A model generated the notes under the pieces. That model saw only the letters and a list, made by a program, of their open reading frames with translations. It made no database searches and was not told the DNA's origin. Positions 50,298 to 60,355 of a stretch of DNA of 64,000 bases are shown one piece after another. The translations under genes and the position numbers were made by a program. Location of the stretch: NCBI GenBank assembly GCA_012026655.1, contig JAAILG010000045.1, forward strand, positions 62,001-126,000, written 5' to 3'. Origin of the DNA: Hydrolagus affinis. Lineage: Eukaryota. Position 1 is the first letter of the stretch. Each line of letters begins with the position of its first letter.

Positions 50298-51599
50298 TAT
50301 GGGAATGTTTTAGAAAACAGGCAGAGGAGGCGTTTTAAGAGAATAAACACAAAAACAAAATTCAAAATAGATTAATTAATGTTATTTCACTATCTGGTGC
50401 TTATGCAGTGCAGCACTGTTTAACTAGCAGCTGTGGGAAGGCTAGGATTACTGGCACTGAACACTAGGGAGCATTGTGTATCAGCCTGAGCAGCAGCCTT
50501 CAAGGGGCTGGCAGTGCTGTTGGGTTAATCCGAGAACTGGCATGAAATGGGGCCGGTAGAGACCACAATCTCTAGTCACTGGCTAGATATTACCCCAGCA
50601 GTAATTATTGTATTACTGGTATTGAAGTCAGACTTTCATGCATGAATTTATGCCCACTAAATATAGAGGCATAACATTGACTGCTATGACTTTTGTTTTT
50701 TGATTCTGAAATAGTGCTGTATTGCACAGTTCTTGATTATATAAGTGCATAAGGCTGCAATGTAATACGTTTTGGAATTGTACATTGAATCTTGTAACCC
50801 CGATCCATCAATTATTTAATGGCAATATATGTAGAGTAATGGATCACTTTTTAAAACTTGTTTTGCAGATTTTTTCGTTTGCATTTTCAGACCTAAAACT
50901 CTATTAGGGACATCGCATATATAGCTTAGTATTAGAAATGTCTGTCTAATTCCCCAGTGGTGGGGGTGGAAGGGTGGGGGGAGGTTGTTGTTGCATCGAG
51001 GAGTGTTGAAGTCTCTTATCTAAAATTCCAGAAAACCGGGACATTTTGAATCCAAAACATTTCAATGCTTTTCATTTTTGGTTCTTATTTTACTGAACTC
51101 CCTGGGGTCTGTGTGAGCGTTAAGTGGTGTGACTTGTGCGTCATGGATTCAATGTTGAGTAATTGTGTGTATCCAATTAAAGATATTCTACTGAATAACT
51201 TGGCGAATTGGCTAGAGAAGTGCTTAGAGAACACAGTAAGCAAATGCTGATTACTCAAGGTCAAGTTGTCCATGGTTGTTTATATAAATTTAGATCAAAG
51301 TTGCTTCTAAATATATTTTCTGATATTGCCCCACTAACTTCCCAATTTAGTCCCCATACCATTGAGAAGTGGTGGACAGAAATATGAATTTCTAGAAATA
51401 TTTGAAGGGTCCATTTGATACTAAATCAAGCTGGGACTGGACTTGTTCCCATGATCTGCACAAAGTTCTGTGCAGAAGGAGCTATGACCAGGTGAGCCTG
51501 AAGGAAGAAAGGTAAATGATGGGAGTAGATGGGCGAGGTGGGGGAGAGTGCTTATGATTCTGTGCTATCTTTTTAATAATTTTGTCTTGCGTTGAGTTC

Positions 51600-52183
51600 A
51601 TTCTAGGCTATCATCCCCATAGAGTGATGGGCAAGAATTACATTACCACGGGGCTGTCCCTCAGATGAAATGTTAACCTGAAAGCAGATCTGTCTTCAAG
51701 TGGATGTTAAAGATCCCATGGGGTGATTTGTGGGGGAAAAAAGATGGGAGTTGATCCTGATCAACAATAGCCCAATAATTGGTCTGTTTCTGGGACATTC
51801 CTGTCTGCACTCTGGCAAACACATTCACTTACAAATTCACAGTCACTGCACTGTACAGCAAAATCCCATGCAGTGCTTCGAGACATTTCAACCACATGAG
51901 ATGTTATATCGGGTGGCACACGATAGTCCGAAGGTTCAATAGTCCAAAGGTTCGATAGTCCGAACACACAAATTTCCTATACTCGGCACAGTTACCGTAG
52001 TTACCGCTCGATAGTCCGAACCGACAATGAAATAAGGTTTGTTAATCCGAACATTTCCATCCTTAGGGTTAGGTTTAGGTTTAGGGTTAGAGTTAGGGGA
52101 AGCTTTGGACTAATAAACCTTTCGGCCTAACGAACCTTCGGACTATCGAGCTGTAACCATTATATCAAATGAAAGGATTATGA
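51600..52183 (+). mobile_element. Old Deu SINE with its tail split by a MITE
   Basis: gctgtccctcagatgaaatgttaacc..ggatgttaaagatcccatgg..ctgtttctgggacatt. The tail gagatgttatatc resumes at 52159 as attatatcaaatgaaaggattat. Confidence 0.65.
51911..52158. mobile_element. Non-autonomous DNA transposon (MITE, probably MULE/Rehavkus-like) with telomere-like repeats
   Basis: GG...CC termini; the inverted ends share cgatagtccgaaggttc; 16-bp subterminal tandem repeats; internal ttagggttaggtttaggtttagggttagagttaggg; TSD gttatatc (51903-51910) / attatatc (52159-52166). Confidence 0.85.
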
Positions 52184-53002
52184 TTCTGTTTGAGCAACTT
52201 CTATATAATTTAATTGAGATCAGTGGGAATAAAAAAGTTTTTAAAAATTAGCACAAGAGAGTTTAGACATCTATAATTTTCATACCCCAAATTATTTTTA
52301 GATTCTGAGTGATGTGTATCCAGCTCAACATCTTTAATTAGGCAAATACATCCAGCCGCATTTACTTGTATAATTTTTTTTAATTCCCATGGGATTATCT
52401 CATGTTCTGGAAAGTAAGAAAATCCACATAAATCATATGCCACATCCCAAATGAATCAGTCTCGAAAAGCAAAAGGAGGAAACAAGATTGGTCTTGTTTG
52501 GCTTTGGGAGGACTGGGGTGGTTGTGTATTTTATTTATATTGGATCTGTTGAGGACTTCATGTCAAGCCCTTCATTTCAATCACTCCCTTCCTCTTCTGA
52601 ATTCTTGGTGCACATCCAAGGGATATCTGAAATGAATTGAGGGTTCTGTGTGACTGAAGCTGACATGATATCTGTGAGCACCTTATTTATCCCAGTGCTA
52701 ACAGAGTGACCTGTGCCAAGTGCTCTCCGGTGTAAAAGTGTAGTTGATGCCATTCCTTTATCTTCCCATGCCTAACTTCTAAATGTTCTGATCTTATTTT
52801 GTTTGAGGTTTGGGTAATTTTGTTTCCCATAATATTACCATGATGATAGAACAGGGTGGTTGTTTTAATTATTTTAAAATCAACAAGAGTGCTATGTAAG
52901 CTAAGCTTACAATGAATTTTTTTAAAACTTGCATTTGACATATCAAATATGATATTGTGTGTGTATATATCATGTCCGAGCGCTTCACAGCACATACTGT
53001 AA

Positions 53003-53240
53003 GGGCAGACGAGCCTTCAGCTATTCTACCCCCAACTTTTGGAATTCCGTCCTGCAATCCCTCGCCCCCTCCCCTAACCTCCTTCAAATCCCACCTCAAG
53101 ACCCTCCTCTTCGACCATGCCACCGGCCCTTTCCTCCACCCTCCCCGATCTTGACCCTAGCTCAGGTTTGAAACACTGACTATCTAGAGCCTTGGGAAAG
53201 GAGCTATATACAAATGTAATTTTGTTATTGTGGTTGTGTA
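53003..53240 (+). mobile_element. L2 3' fragment
   Basis: Translates GRRAFSYSTPNFWNS and LTSFKSHLKTLLFDHA; tail gctatatacaaatgtaattttgttattg. Confidence 0.85.
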
Positions 53241-54145
53241 CTTCTTGAAGCCCACAATCAGTTTCATTGTTTAGAAGGTCAGACGTGCTGATTTACTTTA
53301 TTCATTACCTTGGTGACCCAGGAGTAGATAAATGAATTAAACTCACAATCTATATCCCCATTGATTTTTCTTCCCCCTTTTCCTTGCTTCCCTTAGCCTG
53401 GTATATGAATGAGATGAAGGCACTTCTCTAATTTTAATCGTGGACTTGGCTCACTTGGTTTGAATACTAGACTTCTTATTTAACCTGTTTTTAGTTTTAG
53501 CAGCTTCATTTATTAATTTGGAACACAACATATGTTGTCACTGCCAAGCTGTGTGTTGACGTAGTGAAAATGGCATCTTAAAAGGCTTGTATGGCGATTT
53601 ATTTATATTTTCTAAAAAGACTGAGGACTGTATTATTGCAGGTGGGAATTAATTTTGTCAATGCTCATAAAAATGCATAAGCCAAACTGCATCTGCGTAT
53701 GACTTAATATCCTTTTATAAATATTCAGAATGCTGTATCATGGGCGTAGAGGAGGACAGGTTCCAGTTTCAGTTGCTGACAGGATAAAAACCTTTTGAAT
53801 TCTATTCATTGAAAAGTCAGAAAAGGTGCTAAATTCATAATGGGAGAGATTTTAGACCTGTCACTGGAGGCTAATAGAATTATATATTGACAGCTAAAGA
53901 ATTGCTTGAAACAGATCTTCCTTTTTTACTTTTTTCTCAAACAAGTGAATAAGGAACTGCTAATCGCATAATTCTCCAAATGTGCTTCAATAACTAGTTA
54001 ACTAGTCTGTCATTGGAAAGCTGCAGCTGTACATTCAGATCATTGAGTGCAATTGTGTGCTTTCTTTAGCAGGAAACAATTGTGTTTTCGTTACGCTAAA
54101 TTGTTGCTGTACTTTATGCATCCTTTGAATTTTTGGGGTTAGTTC

Positions 54146-54193
54146 CAGCGCCCTGGGACGTCTTTCTGGCGTGAAGGGTGTCATTTGTTGTTG
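54146..54193 (+). mobile_element. Ultra-short L2 3' tail
   Basis: cagcgccctgggacgtctttctggcgtgaagggtgtcatttgttgttg. Confidence 0.65.
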
Positions 54194-55617
54194 TAGATCT
54201 AAAATTTATTTCATGTGATATTTTAAACTATCCTCTGATTTGTAAACTTGATATTCAGACATTTGGTTTTAAGATTGAGTCCATGTTTCTTTATGTTTAT
54301 TAGCAGCACAAACTATTACTGTTAGACATAAGATTGAAATGAGATTATTACAGCAATCAAGACAGAATGTCCAAGGGATTAAAGTGTTTGTATAACCGTT
54401 GAAGCAATTGCATGGTATTGCAAAGTGGATGCTGCTTGTTCTGTGAAGGGTTGAAAAGCGATAGCAAAGATTTGTTTTGTGTTTATATCCTGAAAAATAG
54501 TAACTTGCAATGCATAAGATGTTTTGAACATCAGATTACACCAGTTGCAGAAACTTTTATGGTGAAAAATGAATTGCGTCTTGCCCATTTTACAATGCAG
54601 ATTAAGATAGCCCAAAGCTCCCCACTCACAGTCCCTTAATTGTGCGTCAATTTGGCCTTAGCTTTGTAATGGTCATTGCACAATTTGAGTCAACCATTAT
54701 TATTAGGGTTCCTTTCCTTCACTCTGCCTTTTCCAGTGAATCTCTTCACTGATCAATGTCACATACTCCTAAGTATAGAAGAATAAGGGAGTGGGGGAAA
54801 TGCATTTTATCTACAGTAATGGGTTATTTATTTTGAGGCGGTGAAGCAATTTGCTTTAGTGCTGTATATTCCTAAAGCAACCTGGCATTTCTTATCGGGA
54901 TGTGTAATCCATTTGAACTGGAGCGCACACACTACTCACACACACTGAAGGTATGCTAAAAATAGAAGAAGCAGCCTAACAACTGAGCTTGGATTGGTGT
55001 ACAGAGAAATCTTCATAGCCTATGAGAGCTGAAGTCGAGAACAAAAACAGCTCATTGTGTAGCAGACTGTGGCATATGTCAAAGGGGGTGGCTCTAGGGG
55101 CTACAACTTAAAGCTTTGAGGTTTAAGAAGGTAATAATGCATTTTTCCCATTGAAAGATTTGTAGACGAAATAAAGTACAGGCCAGCTTCAGGAAAGAAT
55201 GCAGGGTGTTTGCAAAGTAAGGTTTAACCCGATAGTTAGCTGCTGTCTCTATGCAATGTACAGCAGTGGAAGAAAGGCTGTTATTTAATGTTCTCTTTTG
55301 TATAAAAGACTGTATGGGGTTCCTGGCCGATAGCAGCAGTTACTGTTGTTGCAAGCATTTATTAAAAAAGTGTTATCACTAATAATTTCTCGTTTGTTTT
55401 GTGCACACAATGAAACTGCTAACATGTTTGGAATGGCTTTAACACACTTATTTATTCTACAGGCTCTGGTTTGATGAGCTTTGGTACATTGATTTGCAGC
55501 CAATATCCTGTAGGTATAATCGCTAGTTCCACATTGCACTCACCCTGGGCTGGTAAAGCTTCGTACACACTTAACACACATAGGCAAAGATGCCACTTTG
55601 AGTTAAATTCCCATGGG

Positions 55618-57108
55618 CCTTGGGCAAGTTTCCTTACTCTACAAGTCTGGTAATATTTCCTTGAAAAATATTTAAATCACAACTGTTTGTGGGACTCTGC
55701 TGTGTGCAATTGGCTGCTGTGTTTCGTCCAGAAATATACAGTCAATTCACTTTACAGCATATTCTGTGAAGCGCTTTGAAACATCTGGAAGATGTGAAAA
55801 GCTCTATATAAATGCTTCTGTGCCCACAACACAGAAATGCTCTGGTCAAGGTCACAAATGATATCCGGACCATTTGTGCCCAGGACTCCCTCTGCCTCCT
55901 CAACCTATCTGCTGCCTTTGACACCGTGGACAATCCTCCTCCACCTCCTCTTCTCCCACCTCAACCTTCAAGGATCTGTCCTTGACTGATTCAGGTCCTA
56001 TATTACACACCGTCTCCACTTTGTGTCCGCCAACGGCTTTTCTTCCAGCCCCCGCACCATGTCATGTGGTTTTCCTCAGGGCTCTGTCCTCTGTATCCTC
56101 ACCTTCACCCTCTACATGCTCCCCTTCGGTGTCAGCATCCGCAGACATGGGGTAAATTTCCACATGTACGCAGATGACACCAACTCTATCTCTCTGCTTC
56201 CACCCTCAACTTCAGGACTACCGGCATTCCTGACTACCTGCCTATCCGACATCAATTCCTGGACAAGGGATAACTTTCTCCAGCAACACATCCACAAGAC
56301 TGAGGCCCTTCTGATTGGCTTGAGTTAGCTCCTCCATACCTCAGGCACACGCTCCACCTCACAGGAATTAATCAGTCAGGAACCTGGGTGTCTTGTTTCA
56401 ACCTGAACTGTCCTTTCTCCCCCATATCCGTGCCATGACTAGCACTGCCTTCCACCACCTCTATAACATAACCAGACTCCGCCACTCTGGGATGCTGAAA
56501 CCCTCAACCATTGCATTCGTCACATCAAGGCTTGACTATGGAAACTCCCTCCTCGTCGACCTTCCCAGCTCTTCCCTTCACAAGCTGCAGATCATACAAA
56601 ACTCTGCAGTTCTTGTCCTCTCCCAAACCAGGCTCCACGATCCCATCACTTCCACGCTTGCCCGGCTCCATTGGCTCCCCATTCCTTAGAGGATTGAGTT
56701 CAACATCCTCACTTTCAAGGCCACCCACAGCCTTGCCCCTTCCTATCTCTCCAACCTGTTGACTCCCTACTGACTCCTCCATTCAGCAGGCTCCAGCCTG
56801 CTCCATATCTCCAGCCCAACTCACCCTATCATTGATGAATGGGCTTTCAGTCTCTCAGCCCCCAACTCCATCCCAAAGTCCCTATGACTGACTTCCTCCC
56901 TTGCCTCCTTCAAGGCCAGTCTGAAGACCCTCCTTTTCAATCGTGCCTTCAGCCGCCCTCCCACCTCTCTCCCTCCCCCGACCCTGCCACTCCCCCATGC
57001 TTGGGTCCCAAGCCCTGACAGTTCAGAGCCTTGGGATGTCCTCCCGACATGAAAGGCGCTCTATAAATGTGATGTTGTTGTATCAAACACAAGGATTATT
57101 ATTATTAT
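55618..57108 (+). mobile_element. Deu SINE (55618-55813 plus 57081-57108) with a ~1.27-kb L2 (55814-57080) inserted in its tail
   Basis: SINE ...gtgaaaagctctatataaatgc| then L2 RT (HNTEMLWSRSQ frameshifted, [30 protein letters not shown]) ending aaaggcgctctataaatgtgatgttgttg| then tatcaaacacaaggattattatt. Confidence 0.9.
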
Positions 57109-57267
57109 AAAAGATGGGGAGTGTCGTCAAGTCTTTTACAAATATTAAGCACCTTGAGGAGAATCATGAATCATAACCTTTTAAGTTTAAAAGTTCACTT
57201 CTTGCTGAACTAAAGTTGTGCACAGCTGGCACAATACCCAAACAATGAGGAACTATCCTCTCAAATC

Positions 57268-57322
57268 TTGGGACGTCCTCCTGATGTGAAAAGCACTATA
57301 CTGTTGTTGTTGTTTTTGTTGT
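57268..57322 (+). mobile_element. Ultra-short L2 3' tail
   Basis: ttgggacgtcctcctgatgtgaaaagcactatactgttgttgttg. Confidence 0.75.
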
Positions 57323-58339
57323 GCTTCACTCTTCTAAACTGGCCTCTCAAAATTGCAGTGAAGGTAGTAGCCCTTGTGCTAGTTTGATGTTTAATTCAGA
57401 ATAAACTGTGCAGTGCAGCTGTCCTATTTCACTTTTAGTCCTGCTAATCTAATACAGAACAAAGCTTGGTGTGTTGAAACAGCCAGTAATTCTAGACTTG
57501 GTTTCAATCTCCTAGTGGACAACTCTGCTGTCAGGATTATCTTACAAAAATCATCATGTGAGCTGAAAATCAGACGTGTCTCTAGGCTCTGTTTGCTTGC
57601 TAATTGTACCGAAACCTTCACACACTTCTCCATGTTTTCTCTGAGAAGACCAAGCCAACGGATTCATCTTCTACAGTTCAGGGATATAATCGTTCCCATT
57701 TCTCTTTGGGATTCTTTTTTTTGCCGGCGACAATCGTAATAATAAATGTATAAATGAACATAATTTTTTTGTTGTTGTAAATGTGTCGGGTAGACATCGA
57801 GAGATTAATTCATTCAGATGCCTAGAAGAAATGCCCCCATTTACAGTAGGTATCCAGCTCACTCCAGATCAGATCACACATCCCATTTCCCCACTGTTTC
57901 AATTGCACTCTAAAGCAGGCCATGGGTCAGTTAGTGTCAGATTACTCTCTGACTGATTGCAGAAGCTACTTATGGGGGTGGGGGTAGGGGAGGTGAGTTG
58001 TGTTGTAGGCAGTGTTTCTATTTTAATTCATATGTTTATAACTGTCTACTTCGCATTCATTTGCTTCTGATCTATTTTTTTTCCATATGTCTGAAGTAAA
58101 CAGCTGCCAATTGCAGATGAGTGATAGCAGCTGGAGAACTCGGTGCAGGACTGAAGAGAATGCACCTACTTGTACCTCTTTTGTCTCACTTTCACTCACC
58201 CTAGTTTTATTGCCCTTCTGGAACTAGAATTCTGGCAACTTAAGAGCCAATACGGTTTTAACAGTACAATGTAACAGGCATCTGTGCCCAAATTGACTGC
58301 ATTCCAGTTATACATTAGCAATATTTACTCTGAAACTCC

Positions 58340-58690
58340 CTCCCTCAATCCCTTTGCTTCACCCCCCCTCCTTTTCCATCTTCGGGTCGCACCTGAAGAC
58401 CTTTCTGCTCACCTATGGTCACCTTCCCCCTCCCCCTGGCTTGGTCCCGGGTTCCACTATTGTGAAGCGCTCTGAGATGCAGTTTGGCATGGAGGGCACT
58501 ATATAAATGCAAGTTGTTTTTGTTGTTGTTTGATATAGCGCTTTTCACATCAGGAGGATATCCCTCATGGGATGTACTGTAAAATGTAGTGACTGTATTT
58601 TATGGGGAAAAGCTTCCACAGTGTCCTGTGAAATGCTTTGAGATGTTCAAGGCATAATGAGGCGTCGCATCAAATATGAGGATTTTTTTT
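58340..58690. mobile_element. L2 3' end (plus, 58340-58532) abutting SINE tail fragments
   Basis: gaagcgctctgagatgcagtttggcatggagggcactatataaatgcaagttgtttttgttgttgt|ttgatatagcgcttttcacatcagg. Confidence 0.7.
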
Positions 58691-59976
58691 GTTGTATTAA
58701 AAGAATGTAAAATGATGCATATTATGACTGAAATCAAATTCGACCAGTCTTCGCTTCACAAAGAGAGGTTTGGCAAACCTTTCTGCATTGTGTTTCCTAA
58801 CAATGGTTTAAACGACAACACGCATCACTGCACCACACCATCGTGGTAAAAATTATAGAAACATTTCTCTTTCGTTAAACACATCAAAAGTAAAGGTTTT
58901 GCTAAATATTTGACATACGAAGACGGTGCCCCTTTAAATAAGTCCAGATTCCATGGTGTGAGCAATTTGGCACAATCAAACAAGCCAGTTTTGGAGCGAA
59001 GTAAAGTGTAAATTAGATACAATCTGAGTTACAATACTATTGTTCCATGAAGACTATTTTATAAAGTGCTTAGATATCTCAAAGCCATGTTAAAACATGT
59101 TAAATATTTTAGTCCTCTTGAAAAGTGTATTTCCAAATCTTGCATCTCCATTACATAATTTGATCATTAGCTGCTCAAGCAACGTCTACATCCAGTGAAG
59201 CACATCTATTTTCAGACCCGATGGTCGTAATATTTTTTTTCTTCAGTCTATATGCAACACTCCCAACCCTTGTGTCTTTTACCTTTATCTCCCCCTCTCC
59301 TTTTTCCCTGCCTTGTTCCTTAAAGTAAAATCTTTCTCAATTGTTTTTTTGAAAAATCCTTTGTTCTTAGACAAGCACTTTGCAAACAAGAACATTTGCA
59401 ATCTTTGTATTAAAACGTGAGTAGCAGTTCTCGCACTTCCAATATGCATCACTGAGCCACCTGCTCCATCTCAGCAAAAATTAAACCTGGCGCTTATCAG
59501 ACCTCTCAAGCCTAAAGAGAGAGAAAACACTGTAGGGATATTATTGAATTGCAAATAGTTCCATTGTTGATACAGCATTGTGTGCATGCAAATGGAGATC
59601 TCTATAATGCCAGAGCAAAACAATGATATGAACTGTACAGGCTGGCAGCAGAAAAATTGCGTCTTTATTTGAGTTTTTGGAGATTCAAAGGCCTTGATTG
59701 TTTTAGCAAATATTATCTGCATATGCATGTTGTATGAATGCTCTCAGTTGGAATGATAACCGCATGTAATGTGCATATTAAGTAGAAGCTGATTGCCATC
59801 GTTCAAAGGAATTCTTTACAATATTAAATGAGAGAATCACGAGTTGGGAGTGCGTCACATGAACTAATTTGATTTAGTTTTTGTTATTTAAGCCAATGGC
59901 TGCAGCTGTTCCAGACTCTTAAAAGTTCACACTGAAACAATGAGAGAATGAAAGTTCTTTTCTAAAATATGTGTAG

Positions 59977-60355
59977 TAATAATAATAATAATCATCTTTG
60001 TATTTGATATAGTGCTTTTCACGTCTTCTAGATGTCTCAAACGCTTCACAGAATATACTGTAAAATGAATTGACTGTATATTTGTGGGTGAATTGTGGCA
60101 GCCAATTGTGCACAGCAGTGTCCCACAAGCAGTCGTGGATCGAAATGACCAATTTATTATTCTTTTCAAGGGATTATTATCAACTGTGTGGAATAAAGAA
60201 ACTTGCCCAAGGTTTCGCCCTGATTGCTGGGAATCGAACTCAAGTTTCTCACTTGCAAGGCGAGTGCTCTTGGGAAGACCTCCCGATGTGAAAGGCGCTA
60301 TACAAATGTAATTTTGTTGTTGTTGTTGCTCTAACTACTGAGCTACAGGACTCCA
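59977..60355 (-). mobile_element. Full-length young Deu SINE with a 56-bp L2 tail (plus strand, 60271-60326) inserted in its tRNA head
   Basis: gcgagtgctct|tgggaagacctcccgatgtgaaaggcgctatacaaatgtaattttgttgttgttgt|tgctctaactactgagctacaggactcc; TSD tgctct at 60265-60270 and 60327-60332. Confidence 0.92.

Noticed and set aside
51921-52150. Short regularly repeated units resembling a CRISPR array, and a telomere-like tract
   Set aside because: Eukaryotic context, no unique spacers, and an inverted arrangement with a TSD identify a MITE. The telomeric tract is under 40 bp and internal.
103-60311. Recurrent ORFs such as MVISIHDCLWDTAV... and ...[12 protein letters not shown]...
   Set aside because: Chance translations of SINE copies, not a gene family.
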